A stretch of DNA of 63,694 nt, filler included, from Octopus bimaculoides (GCF_001194135.2; 10 parts of 10 records of this genome joined end to end with filler, not necessarily neighbours in it), one strand, 5' to 3'; counted from the first letter of the whole stretch, positions 22,455-36,274 are shown. Notes: generated from the letters alone by a model not told the origin. Numbers and translations: made by a program.

Positions 22455-22596
22455 TCGTCAAATTATTTACTCCAGAAGCACCAGCAAATAGCGGTAAAAA
22501 TAAATTTGAACCGTAACTTCTAACAATTTTCAAGTCGGAGAAATACACCAACATTTGTAAACATGAGTTAAGTCCCCTTCTAGCGACGGCGTAAAC

Positions 22597-22645
<49 letters not shown>

Positions 22646-23180
22646 CAAACAGACAGTCAGGGGTTGTTATGTATGTATGTATGTATGTATGTGTGAATGG
22701 CTTCAGTCACACACACACGAACATGTATGCATTCAAAACACATGTATGCAATAGGTGTACGTACCTGTGTGTGTGTGTTGCCCGTATATATANNNNNNNN
22801 NNNNNNNNNNNNNNNNNNNNNNNNNNNNNNNNNNNNNNNNNNNNNNNNNNNNNNNNNNNNNNNNNNNNNNNNNNNNNNNNNNNNNNNNNNNNNNNNNNNN
22901 NNNNNNNNNNNNNNNNNNNNNNNNNNNNNNNNNNNNNNNNNNNNNNNNNNNNNNNNNNNNNNNNNNNNNNNNNNNNNNNNNNNNNNNNNNNNNNNNNNNN
23001 NNNNNNNNNNNNNNNNNNNNNNNNNNNNNNNNNNNNNNNNNNNNNNNTTCGTCAAATTATTTTCCCCCGAGGCACCAGCGAATAGCGGTAAAAATAAATT
23101 TGAACCATAACTTCTAACAATTTTCAAGTTGGAGAAATGCACCATCATTTGCAAACATGAGTTAAGTCCCCTTCTATACA
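22455..23180 (+). repeat. Two diverged about 130-bp direct copies (22455-22587 and 23048-23180)
   Basis: Shared ttcgtcaaattattt...atagcggtaaaaataaatttgaacc...catgagttaagtccccttcta. Confidence 0.8.
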
Positions 23181-23960
23181 CACACAATATAAACAATATT
23201 CTCCGTTTCTCCGCAACTAACTTCCAAATTACCTGAATCCGTTGCTCTACTCATACACATACACACACACAAACGTGCACACATACATACACACCATCCT
23301 ACCAAATATAAAACACAAGCACATGTATATATATATAGAGACGTGCGCAAAGTCACACACACTCACACCATTCTGACCTCTAAGACCAGTCCCAAAAACT
23401 ACTGAGCCATGAGAGACTAGCCCAGAAACAAAGAAATCCTTTTGATTCCACATTGCTCTTCCTCCCCCCCCCCACACAACCAACCTCCCACACTGTCCCT
23501 TAAAATAGCAAACATTCCTTAGCTACNNNNNNNNNNNNNNNNNNNNNNNNNNNNNNNNNNNNNNNNNNNNTTAATTAATTAANNNNNNNNNNNNNNNNNN
23601 NNNNNNNNNNNNNNNNNNNNNNNNNNAGTTTACAAAAACTAACAATTTAACAGCCATAAAATTAATTTACAAATTTTAAATTTCACTTGAGAATTAGAAA
23701 TCCACTGTAAACAACCTAAAATTGTGTATCCTTAGATGAACATATCCGTTCCCTTAATCCAAGCTATACTCTATTTTATCTTCTGGAAATGAAAATTTTT
23801 ACTTGTAATGTAAAAGTGTAAAATCTTTGAAAAGTTTCTAGTCTATAAAATACTGCCTGAAAATAAAACAAATTCCAATATAAAAATTTATGTTGGAAAT
23901 AGTTCTAAAGAAGCCTTAACGAAGTGTGTTAGTAAATTGTGCAGTAATTAAAATAATTAC

Positions 23961-24099
23961 CTGAGTCAGTGATGAAGTTTCTATTTGCAGCCTGAAGTCT
24001 TTCTCTCTCAGAAATATCATGCAAGAGTGGCAATGATGTGACTTGTGTTTGGCAATTAAAGCTATATTTATAATCTACCAGGAAGAAGTTTCTAGATAC
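23961..24099 (-). CDS. Candidate internal exon of an unknown gene (139 bp)
   Basis: CAG|GTAATT donor; open frame VSRNFFLVDYKYSFNCQTQVTSLPLLHDISERERLQAANRNFITDS; acceptor uncertain (CCACCAG or CCTGGTAG). Confidence 0.35.
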
Positions 24100-25007
24100 C
24101 TGGTGGGTGTTACCTTGTCATGGGTATGTATCTTGGTTTAAAAGTATGTGTCTGTTGTAGTGTATAGGTATGTGTGTGTATATGTTGGCCAGATTACATC
24201 GACACGCCTATCTCTCTTTACATCATCTCCAACATTGCCACCACCACCACCACCTCTCCATGCATTTCCATTCAAGCGTTTCATGTTTCTGAACCAATCA
24301 TATTCACTTATTTTGCCTTCTTTCCTAATATGGAAAAATCCCATCCTCAATATTTAAATTTGTATACATACATATATAGCGACACACTCACACACACACA
24401 CACACGTACATTCATATATATATATATACATATAAACATGTACCTACAAACACACCCATATACATACACATATACAGGCATACCTTTTCCGATGAGTTGT
24501 AGTGACCCTAACATCATATACAATAAGCTCATTATAATTATTATCATTATTAAGAATCATTAGAGTACTGGACGAAATTGCTTAGTGGTATTTCACTCAT
24601 CGCAACGTACTAAGTTCAAATTCCACCGTGGTCGACTTTGACTTACATCTTCCCAGGGTCAATAAGACGAGTAGCATTTGAGTATTGAGGCTGATGTAGT
24701 CGACCGTCCGCTTCCCTACAAAATGTCAGGCCTTGTGCCTTTATTAGAAAGGACTATTATTTATGCAGAGAAGGACTTCATCGTTAATGCATCGGACATT
24801 GAATGTATGCGCGAACCAAGGAAGGAGAATGCTTTAGAGTAGCTAACCCTGACAGAAATAACAGCCAAATCTCCTTCTAGTCAGATTCTATTGTTATAGG
24901 AATGTAGATATGCAGGGCAGGGAATCGTCAATTAGTAATAAAATTAATAATCAACAATTTTGCCGGGTAGCTCAGTATGAAAAAACCTTCTTCGGTAAAA
25001 AACATTT

Positions 25008-25421
25008 ATAATCATAAATATATAGGGATTGACAGTAACCTGTTTCTCCAACATACTGAGAATTCAGAAATAGCAGTCAAAGAACTACTGATTTCAACGT
25101 CTTCCTCACGTGGTATTGATGTTCACATGGTCAAAATTAACGTGAGTTATTTAGACATTAACAAATTTATTAGAATATTTAGCTGAAGATCAGAATAGAG
25201 TATTTTACTCTTAACTGTGAAACAATTGTACTAAATTAACTAAAGGCAAGTGTTTTTTACTCTTCTCTACTGTTTTTTGTTCTGTGTGTATCAAAAATAT
25301 CGCTATCAATCTGGAGTAATAATTTGTAGTTTTGAAATCAGTAGTTCTTTGACTGCTATTTCTGAATTCTCAGTATGTTGGAGAAACAGGTTACTGTCAA
25401 TCCCTATATATTTATGATTAT
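25008..25421. repeat. Perfect 90-bp inverted repeat with 234-bp spacer
   Basis: 25008-25097 is the exact reverse complement of 25332-25421. Confidence 0.95.
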
Positions 25422-26987
25422 GGTTATAGGAATGTATATATGTATGTATTGAGCCAATGGCCAAGACTTCTGTATGGCTGTTAAATCATGAGAATTCTCC
25501 TATTTTGATCTGAACTTTGTGTACTAAAGATCTTTCAAGTTCAATATTTTCTAAATCCCTAAGTTCCACACATTTGGCAACAACGGCTGCATCTCTTTTC
25601 ATTTGTTGTGTTAGCATTTTACCTGCCATAAGGGATCTGAAAGAAACCCTTTAATTGGTTTGGAGAGAGTAATATACTGATAATTAAATGTCTTTAAATA
25701 CACTACACACACACTGTCCATATATCTATGTATGTGTGTCTATGTATCTGTATATGTGAGTGTGTGTCTATGTATTTGTATATGTGTGCGTGTCTGTGTG
25801 CATGTATGTGTGTGTATATATCTCCGTATGTTACTGTATATAATATCAAATTATTCCTCACAATTTTTTCATGTAAAATGTCTCAGTTTTCTACTGAAAA
25901 ATATTGTTTCAACAGACATTCTTTGTTGCAGAAAAGAAAACTTAGGAATGTATATATGTATGTATTGTCTATTGGCACAAGGCCTGGAATTCTAGTAGAG
26001 GCAGCTAATCGACTCCACCGACCCTGCGTGTAGACGATTGTTCCACCTCACAGGCTTATACACACACACACACATACTATGACGGATCTCTCACTCCCTC
26101 TTTATCTTTCTATTCATCTATTACGTAATAATTCTCCTTTTACATTTAGCAAAAGGCCTGCAATTATTGTGGGCAGCTGATCGATTACATTGACCCTTTT
26201 GCATGATTTGTGCTCAATTCATGACCCTGGAATGATCGGATGCAAAGTTATCCTCACCAGAATTTGAACTCACAATGTGAAACTACGAAATGGTGCCAAG
26301 CATTTCCTCTGGTATGTGAGGGATTCTGCCAACACGCTGCCTTATGAACACACACATACTATAACTACAATAACATATATCATATATAGTTATATTAATA
26401 TATATATATGCTTCTAGAAATAGCAGTCAAATCTCCTAAAATCACACATCATGCTGTGTTAGGTCTGAAGAATGTATCTGCATTGTAGGAAGGCTCGTTG
26501 GAATTACCAGCCAATTAAAGCTCTAATTACAGTTTACTTTCTAATGCATGTATATATGAGGTCGTAGAGGATCTCTGTCTGGTAGCTAGATCACTTTTAG
26601 TAAATGTTGATTTAACCCCTCCCCTTAAAATTTCTGGCATTCTCCATAAATCAGGAAAAAATCTACTCTTTTTCAGGGCAGGGAGTCGCTTCTTGTATAT
26701 CTGTATATATAGTTGTATTGATATTTTCTCTTGTAGAAATAGCAGTCAAATCCCTTTAAATCACACATTATACTGTGTAATGTCTGAAGGAAATATTTGC
26801 ATTGTGACTCAGCTTGTTAGAAACAACATCCAAATCTCCCTCTGACATAAACATAGGAGATGAAAGAGAGAGACAGAGAGAGAGAGAAAGAGGAGAATGA
26901 GAGAGGGAGGAGGACATATAATGAGGGAGTGAGAAAGAAGGTGCTACATAGAGGGATCGATGGAATAAATACAAGGCTTAGCAAAAA

Positions 26988-27560
26988 CATGAGGGGTGTT
27001 CATTAAAGATGTTCCCTCACCCACCCACTTCCAGTTATTGCAGGAAACGGAACTTGTACAGGTAGAATCCTACATGTCTCTACATGTCACATTGTAAATT
27101 GCAGCTTTCCACTCGGATTCGTTTGTCTTTTATGGCTGCTGAAGTGGACTAAGCTGTTATAATGGAGCCAGTTGAATGCAGATCAGTGATCAGGTTCTTT
27201 ATACTTGGAAGGTCGTACACCAAATGAGACGTTTGATGAGATGAAAGAAGTTTATGGTGACGATGCACCATCATACGACATAGTCAAGCACTAGCATCAC
27301 CAGTTCAAATGGGGCTGGACATTGGTGGAAACTGTTTGGACAACCACATTCTGCCAATGATGATGATGCCATCCCTAAAGTGGAAGCTGCCATTTTGGAG
27401 GATCAGCCCATAGCTTTATGGCAACTAGCCCAGGAAGTGAAGATAAGTGTAGGAAGTGAGGGAAAAACTCATTTGCAACCATTTGCTCATGTTATCTGCC
27501 CAATGGATTCCCCAGATGCTCACACCTTTTCAAAAGCAGGAATGGGTCAATTGTTCCAAG
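26988..27560 (+). mobile_element. Mariner transposon 5' remnant (TIR plus HTH of transposase)
   Basis: CATGAGGGGTGTTC TIR-like start. ATG at 27162 gives MEPVECRSVIRFLYLEGRTPNETFDEMKEVYGDDAPSYDIVKH*HHQFKWG. Confidence 0.8.
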
Positions 27561-27584
27561 GCAAGTTATCTCTGCTGGTGACAA

Positions 27585-28160
27585 AGGGTCTCTCACTCTG
27601 AGTGAAAGGTAGACTGTATGATGCATGTGCGCAAACAGCCACGCTACATGGCAGTGAAACATGGGTTGTGACTGTTGAGCACACGTGTAGGCTTGAAAGA
27701 AACAAAGCTAGTATGCTCCACTAGATGTGTAATGTCAGTGTGCATATTTGACAGAATGTAAGCACCCTGAGAGAAAAGTGGGACATAAGAAGCATCAGAT
27801 GTGGTGAGCAGGAGAGACGACTGTGCTGGTATGGTTGTATGATGTGTATGGATGAGGACAGCTGTGTGAAGAAGTGTCACACCCTAACAGTGGAGAGAAC
27901 CTGTGGAAACGGTAGACCCAGGAAGACATGGGATGAGGTGGTTAAGCACAACCATCGAACGTTGGGCCTCACAGAAGCAATGACGAATGACCGAGACCTT
28001 TGGAGATATGCTGTGTTTGAGAAGACCCGACAAACTAAGTGAGACCTTAGCTGTGGCCTATGCCAGTGTCGCATAATTGGCCCTTTTAAATGTACCCTTC
28101 AATCATCAGGCAAAATGCTGTGCTTGAGAAGACCTGCTGAGTCAAGAGAAATTGTAGTCA
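27585..28160 (+). mobile_element. RTE-clade LINE 3' end, truncating the mariner remnant
   Basis: LHGSETW, RRLCWYG, GRPRKTWDEVV, DRDLWRYAV. A related 3' end is at 32650-33098. Confidence 0.85.
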
Positions 28161-29039
28161 GGGTTGGCATGTGTGTGTGTGTGTGTGTGTGNNNNNNNNN
28201 NNNNNNNNNNNNNNNNNNNNNNNNNNNNNNNNNNNNNNNNNNNNNNNNNNNNNNNNNNNNNNNNNNNNNNNNNNNNNNNNNNNNNNNNNNNNNNNNNNNN
28301 NNNNNNNNNNNNNNNNNNNNNNNNNNNNNNNNNNNNNNNNNNNNNNNNNNNNNNNNNNNNNNNNNNNNNNNNNNNNNNNNNNNNNNNNNNNNNNNNNNNN
28401 NNNNNNNNNNNNNNNNNNNNNNNNNNNNNNNNNNNNNNNNNNNNNNNNNNNNNNNNNNNNNNNNNNNNNNNNNNNNNNNNNNNNNNNNNNNNNNNNNNNN
28501 NNNNNNNNNNNNNNNNNNNNNNNNNNNNNNNNNNNNNNNNNNNNNNNNNNNNNNNNNNNNNNNNNNNNNNNNNNNNNNNNNNNNNNNNNNNNNNNNNNNN
28601 NNNNNNNNNNNNNNNNNNNNNNNNNNNNNNNNNNNNNNNNNNNNNNNNNNNNNNNNNNNNNNNNNNNNNNNNNNNNNNNNNNNNNNNNNNNNNNNNNNNN
28701 NNNNNNNNNNNNNNNNNNNNNNNNNNNNNNNNNNNNNNNNNNNNNNNNNNNNNNNNNNNNNNNNNNNNNNNNNNNNNNNNNNNNNNNNNGTGTGTGTGTG
28801 TAGGGGTTTCTACATTATGCTGTTTGTATCTGTGTCTCCTTCTTTCTCTTTGCCCTCTCCTGCCTTCAATTGTCATGTTGTGGGGTGGATTTAAGTGGAT
28901 GTGTGTGTGTGTGTGGGGGGGGTATTATTATTCTTTTTGCATTTTCTGTTGGTGCTGGGTCTGCTTTTTATTATGTGTGTGGCCTCCATAAATTGTTTCA
29001 ATATCATATTTATTATATGTATGCATAGAAACATCTATG

Positions 29040-30230
29040 TTATCTATTGAGCCCCATGTTCTTAGCTTGTTGGTATGGCAGTAATGAGCTTTTCTCCTCC
29101 TTGGGGTATCGCCAGTGACCCTTAATCTTCTTTCCTATGCTGCGGGTTCTCTCTTCATTATATTGTTATCATGTTTCTGCACCATCCCTCTGTACACCAC
29201 TGTAAATTGTATTCCTTGTTTTCATGTTTATCTCTGGGTATAACCTACACACTATACAGTTCCTATCAGCTCAGAGGGTTCTTTCGAATGGGTTTGTTCT
29301 ACAGATTAGGGATTTTATGGCAGTTCCTGGCCTTTCTTCCTGCTTCAGTCAGTGGATTCAATTTACCCAAGGTTTTTCTAAAATAATATGCTAGTTCTCC
29401 TCCAGGGGTAGCATTGATGAACATGATGCTTTTGGTACGTTTGGCCATCATACCATGAGCTGGCCTTCCCTATCTTCCTCTTCGTCCCTTCTATACTATG
29501 CCATGATTTACTCTTGNNNNNNNNNNNNNNNNNNNNNNNNNNNNNNNNNNNNNNNNNNNNNNNNNNNNNNNNNNNNNNNNNNNNNNNNNNNNNNNNNNNN
29601 NNNNNNNNNNNNNNNNNNNNNNNNNNNNNNNNNNNNNNNNNNNCTCTTGTCTAGCAGGCAGATCCCATTTGCATCATTCTCTATGATGGTCTTGAGTTTT
29701 GTCACGGCTCCTTTGTCCACCCTGATCCTTTCTCTTTGACTGTCCCTGGAGAACTGCAAACAGTAGATGAAGTGCTCTATGTGTCTCTTCAATTCCGTTG
29801 GGTCACACATTTAGGACTCCTTTCTCATAACCCTTATCAAGTCCGATATCAGGATATTGAACTTAATATCATCCACATTTGTTGTATTCTGTGGCACAGG
29901 GATCTGGAGGCCATGGGTTTCGCATAGTATGGATGGAGAATCTGAACTTGGTTATTTCTAGTTTCCATCCACAGTTGAGTGTCTAAAATGGGTAGTCTGT
30001 AGTTGGGGTGCTTATTAGGGTAATCTATCGTTCGTTAATACCCTGGTAGACAGGATTAGCTATTTGTTGGATTCTCTTCCTGGTGCTCCCTTCTAGTTCA
30101 TAGATGTTATCTGATCCACCCTTTCCATCTGTCCATAAGGGTATTCTTGGCCATGGGGGGGGGGTGATGGTAGGGTGTCTACCTGTTTTCAGTTGACTGG
30201 GGTAGAAACATAAAGGATCTTGCAAAAACA
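29040..30230 (-). mobile_element. Penelope-like element (RT thumb plus GIY-YIG endonuclease), decayed
   Basis: Across frameshifts: DYPNKHPNYRLPILDTQLW, YYAKPMAS, FIYCLQFS...RERIR, MFINATPGGELA, RTNPF, YNEERTRSIGKKIKGHW. Confidence 0.8.
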
Positions 30231-30909
30231 AACACATAAACATAGAAAATAGGTTGTGCTTTATTGAGTGACTAAATGACTAAATCTTTTTGAATAGAGA
30301 AAACATCAGGTGAGTTTTATTTCAAATGATTGTTTTCAGGTTAGATCACAATGACATCAGTCTTTCTGTACAAGTAAATGTGTGCCCAAGCACATCTGCG
30401 CACACACACACACACACACACTCTTATGTATGTTTTTACTTAGACATAAACACAGGCGTCATTGTGGCCTGACCCAAAACTGATCATTTCAAATAAAAAC
30501 TCACCTGATATTTCTTCTATTCAACAAGTATTAATCATTTCATTCAATAAAGTATGACAACTGGTTTTTTGGGCTTTTTCACATTTTTTTTTTGCTTATT
30601 ATTTTGACTTCTTGCAATTTGTATTCATGTGAATGTGTGTGCATATATGTATGAGTGTGTGCAAACACCTGCGTGTGCATGTGTGTGTGTGTGTGTGTGT
30701 GTGTGTGGTAGGTATGTGATACACCCATCAAGACCTGGGCAGACAAGAAGACTGCATGAAAAGAAATCTGATACACCCTCCACCCAAGCAAAGAAAGGAG
30801 AACACTTTGGAAATTGTTTTTAAGTAAGAAACTCAACCTGTCTGTCTATCTATCTATCTGTCTGTCAATATATATATATATATATATATATATCTATCGC
30901 TCATCTACT

Positions 30910-31550
30910 TATGTGAGACATGGACTCTGTACAAACGTCAGGTAAGGGTCCTTGAACGCTTTCATCAGAGATGTCTCAGACACATGCTCAATATTGGCTG
31001 GACCTCAAAAATTCCAGACACACAGGTCCTGAGGACAGCTGATATCTTGAGTATTGAGGCGATGGTGCACAAGCAACGGTTACGTTGGACTGGACACCTT
31101 ATTAGAATGAAGGATAGCAGGATTCCTAAGCAGATGCTCAATGAAGAACTTGTGAATGGAGGGAGACTCTGGCAGAAACCAAGGCTGCAATTTAAGGACT
31201 GTGTCAAGTCCTCATTAAAGGCCTGTGATATGCAGGACACTGACTGGGAGAATAATGCCTGTCATCGCCACAGCTGGAGGGAGCAGGTTAAGGAGGGGAT
31301 CGAAACTTTTGAGAGAGCACGTATCCAGCATGAAGAACTTAAGCGAGCTGCGCGAAAGCGCACGGCTCGTATAGTGAATGGGGAAAGTTTGGTCTGCAAT
31401 GATTGCAGTCGTGTATGCTTGTCGAGAGCAGGGCTCATTAGCCACCAATGGAGCCACAAATGCAAAATATAAGTTAGTCCTAGAGCACACAATGTTCCTG
31501 AAGGTCGGCAATGGTCTTCCTCGGTCACGAGTGGACGGCCATCATCATCA
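30910..31550 (+). mobile_element. RTE-BovB-like LINE 3' end with C2H2 zinc finger
   Basis: LERFHQRCLR, RLRWTGHLIRMKDSRIPKQML, KPRLQFKDCVK, CNDCSRVCLSRAGLISHQWSH, and a (CAT)n tail. Confidence 0.9.
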
Positions 31551-31796
31551 CCATAATCCAAGAAAGTTAGGGGTTGTGAATCCAACCAACTCAGGGATAA
31601 TATCTATCCAATATACTGCCGTAAGGATACCCAATTATTATTACACTAGTGTTTTTAGCAAGTGCAATAAATGGGTGTGGTTAAAAGGAAATTTTACCCT
31701 TAATTTATATAGCAATAAGAAAATGGAGGGGAATATGTGGTACTCATCAACTTGCAGAAACTGTATTATGTCAATTTACCTGTTTATTTTTCAACC

Positions 31797-31960
31797 AAGA
31801 GGACAATAAAAACAATATACAAACACATATGACATATTATGTCACATTAGTAATTAAAAATTAAAAAGGACAGCTAATGACCGAAGTGATTTTTAATTTT
31901 TAATTATTGATATGACATAATATGTCATATGTGTTTGTATATTGTTTTTATTGTCCTCTT
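31797..31960. repeat. 71-bp inverted repeat (3 mismatches) with 22-bp loop, abutting a gap
   Basis: 31797-31867 versus the reverse complement of 31890-31960. Confidence 0.85.
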
Positions 31961-32003
31961 NNNNNNNNNNNNNNNNNNNNNNNNNNNNNNNNNNNNNNNN
32001 NNN

Positions 32004-32042
<39 letters not shown>

Positions 32043-34318
32043 TATATATGTAGATATAGATATATAGTGGTGCTCCAGCATGACCACAGCTGCATGGCGA
32101 AATGAGTAAAAGAATAAAACAATAGTATATACGTATACACATATACATATATATAGATGCATACACACACACACACACACAGATATACATACATACATAT
32201 ACATATATAGATGCATACATACACACACACACACACATATACATACACACACACATATATACATACATACATACATATGCATATATATATACATTTGAAG
32301 TATTGTCCAGGTAAATCTAGGTGAAGAAGACTAACAAAATTTACGATAACAAACATATTTTTGAAGAGTCTGAAACCTGGGTACTAGATTATCTGATTCT
32401 GGGTTGTCCATTTATGTAATGTTCTTCCCAGAGGTAAGATGGAATTTTTTATGTTCCCGGCCCTCACACGTCTTTCCCAGTATATACACAGTGAAGCTTT
32501 ACTGTAGGGTCGTAAATTTATCGGCTGCTATTTCCAGTAAACATTGGTGCCTTGTTGTACCACTACTCTATATTTATACTTCTACCTTTATGGTGTTTCA
32601 TTTGACTGGAAAGTAATACATTTGTATTGCAATATTTAATTTTACGAACATTAGGCCTCACCGGGGCAATGACTAGTGACCGAGGCCTTTGGAAATATGC
32701 AGTGAGTGAGAGGACCCAGCAAGCCAAGTGAGAACATAACCCGTGGCCTATGCCAGGGGTGTAGCCAGCCCACTTGTGCATACCTTTCCTTCATTGGACA
32801 CAAAACTCTGCTTGTGAAGACCTGCTGAGGCAAGTAAAATTAAAATCAAATCAAATTCGCAAAATCGATGACTGGCACCCGTGCCGGTGGAGCGCTAAGA
32901 ATACCATCTGAGCATGATCGCTGCCAGAGCAGTTGACTGGCTTCCGTGCTGGTGGCATGTAAAAAGCACTATTCGAACGTGATCGTTACCAGTGACACCT
33001 TACTGGCACTTGTGCCGATGGCATGGGAAAAAACATTTGAGCGAGGTCATTGCCAGTGCTGTGGACTGGCTCCTGTGCAGGTGGTGCATAAAAAACACNN
33101 NNNNNNNNNNNNNNNNNNNNNNNNNNNNNNNNNNNNNNNNNNNNNNNNNNNNNNNNNNNNNNNNNNNNNNNNNNNNNNNNNNNNNNNNNNNNNNNNNNNN
33201 NNNNNNNNNNNNNNNNNNNNNNNNNNNNNNNNNNNNNNNNNNNNNNNNNNNNNNNNNNNNNNNNNNNNNNNNNNNNNNNNNNNNNNNNNNNNNNNNNNNN
33301 NNNNNNNNNNNNNNNNNNNNNNNNNNNNNNNNNNNNNNNNNNNNNNNNNNNNNNNNNNNNNNNNNNNNNNNNNNNNNNNNNNNNNNNNNNNNNNNNNNNN
33401 NNNNNNNNNNNNNNNNNNNNNNNNNNNNNNNNNNNNNNNNNNNNNNNNNNNNNNNNNNNNNNNNNNNNNNNNNNNNNNNNNNNNNNNNNNNNNNNNNNNN
33501 NNNNNNNNNNNNNNNNNNNNNNNNNNNNNNNNNNNNNNNNNNNNNNNNNNNNNNNNNNNNNNNNNNNNNNNNNNNNNNNNNNNNNNNNNNNNNNNNNNNN
33601 NNNNNNNNNNNNNNNNNNNNNNNNNNNNNNNNNNNNNNNNNNNNNNNNNNNNNNNNNNNNNNNNNNNNNNNNNNNNNNNNNNNNNNNNNNNNNNNNNNNN
33701 NNNNNNNNNNNNNNNNNNNNNNNNNNNNNNNNNNNNNNNNNNNNNNNNNNNNNNNNNNNNNNNNNNNNNNNNNNNNNNNNNNNNNNNNNNNNNNNNNNNN
33801 NNNNNNNNNNNNNNNNNNNNNNNNNNNNNNNNNNNNNNNNNNNNNNNNNNNNNNNNNNNNNNNNNNNNNNNNNNNNNNNNNNNNNNNNNNNNNNNNNNNN
33901 NNNNNNNTTTTTCTGTTGGAAAAAGCTACTCTAAGTATATGAGAATTTATAATCGAATAATATCTCGAATATTACATATGTATGTAATATGTATATGTAT
34001 ATAAATTACATACATATACATAACTATACATAAATACATATATATATATATATATACCTACACTTAAATGTACATACGTAAATGCCTGTATATGCATACA
34101 AATGAATCAATTATTATTATCATTAGATGCATTATATTATTCATATTGGATAAAATAAAAAAACAGAGGTATTAGAAAGTTATAAGAGGAATAATATTGT
34201 AATTTATAAAATCAATATATCTTAAGATTATTTTAGTTATGTAAGAATGAAACTGTGTATACATGAAGAGCACACATATATATACACACATACATATGTA
34301 TACATATATATACATAAT

Positions 34319-34360
<42 letters not shown>

Positions 34361-34460
34361 NNNNNNNNNNNNNNNNNNNNNNNNNNNNNNNNNNNNNNNN
34401 NNNNTTAATTAATTAANNNNNNNNNNNNNNNNNNNNNNNNNNNNNNNNNNNNNNNNNNNN

Positions 34461-34492
<32 letters not shown>

Positions 34493-36274
34493 GAATATAT
34501 GTATATAAGAAGTTGTGACATGCATTACTTTCCCAAGAGTATAGTGTAGTCAATGAAGTGAATTCGTTAATGAAACAGCGCAGTTTGTTGCACAACGCAT
34601 GCTACAACTATTCAATATTTTTGCTGTCTTGCAGCGAACGTCAGAGCAGGGCGTAAATTTCTAATAGGCTTCGGCTACGCCACGGTTTCGATAACTGGTT
34701 GAAACTATTTCACCGCCGTTAATGACCTTCCCCTAAATTATGGGTCCTTTGTGTCTAGTCGAAATGAAAGCAATATTTTTGTTGTCTTGTTTAGGTCTTT
34801 CTAACTTTTATGATACCGTTTAAATGTCAAAGTAGAAGTAGAATGAAGATATCTCTCCCCTGTGTATACACAAATAACCAGTTGACATTTGCAGTATTCA
34901 ACTCTGAAGCTAGTCTTAATTGTGATTGATTATATACCAATATGTTAAATTGCGATGATAATTCAAGACTTTAAATAGGTTCGTTGACAATTTTATGAAG
35001 ATGTTTTATTTGTCCCTAATGTCACGCTTCAGTAATATTTATTACGGCGACTACAATTGTAGACGTGTATTATAGATTTTTAAGTAAGGTTATAAGAAAT
35101 ATGATGTAAAACACTGCGCAGGATGTATTAAAATTCTTCTAACCACAAGCGTACATACAAGAAAGGCTCATCTGAAAAAAAAAAGAAACAAAGAAAAAAA
35201 TGAAGTAGAAAATATTGATTTTTACTTAGGCACATAGCCAGCTTTTGGTGGGATATAGACGATCGGATCAACCCCAGCACACAGCAGAGATCGATATAAT
35301 AAATAAGGCATTATTTGTACTTAAGGTGATCTATCACTTCTCATAAATCAGAGCTCTACTGGTTTAATATTAATGTCTTTTCTTTATACACAATACACTA
35401 AGTCTGTAGTGGTAGCATACAGGCAAATGAATTTATTGATTGCACTGTATTACTGGGACTTAATCGAACTAACGAGAGTGCCTTTTAGGATTTGTTCGGC
35501 CTGCTAGAAATAGCCAAATTTCTTTCAAATCACAACTGTCTTACAGAATAAATTAGATAATGCAGTGTTACCCACCTATAAAGGTGCAAGATGATCATGA
35601 ATGGGGACGTTTCTGATTATAGGCCTGCTCGATCAAGCTAAACAAACTGCAATTTATCCCAGAAATTTGAACATGAGGAAACTAAATGTGGCAATCTATT
35701 TTGATTCACTCTTCAGTAATTTAAAAGAATTGTCTTCGAATGAAACCCATTTCTTTCTCAGTAAAAGTACACACTATCTGAGAAGTATTTAGAATTTCTA
35801 AAAAATATGCTATTTTCTGGTGAATATTCAATTGTTTTTGTTGTTGTTTGGCGCTTAGTCATCCGTGATCGTGAAGACCTATGATCAAAAGGGGAACCTG
35901 CTATTATCATGTATTTTTAAACTCACAATGTAGCTAAGACTACTATCCGAGTCCTTTTTAGGGTTGTAGTTTGAAGGATGACCACATGGTAACTGCCTCG
36001 TTGATTTTCTAGAGTTCATATCTGATAGTATAAGGGTAAAGTTATTCAAAAGAAGAAGAAGAGGTTACAGAGGGAATTCGATACAGATAGATGATATTAA
36101 AAACAACTGGTTGGTGTTCTTAAGTCCGACTTTTGAAATTGTCCCGTTTGTCTTTTGCTTTTTTTATGCTCAATTGCAGAAGATAAAAATCTATTTAATT
36201 GTTTTTTAATGATTATACGGTACATAAACTTGAAATAACATTTATTAATTACAAAAAAGAAACTTTATATATAT

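Noticed and set aside
35159-35171. 13-nt minus-strand microexon with strong acceptor and GTATGT donor
   Set aside because: Non-symmetric, and no partner exons could be assigned with confidence.
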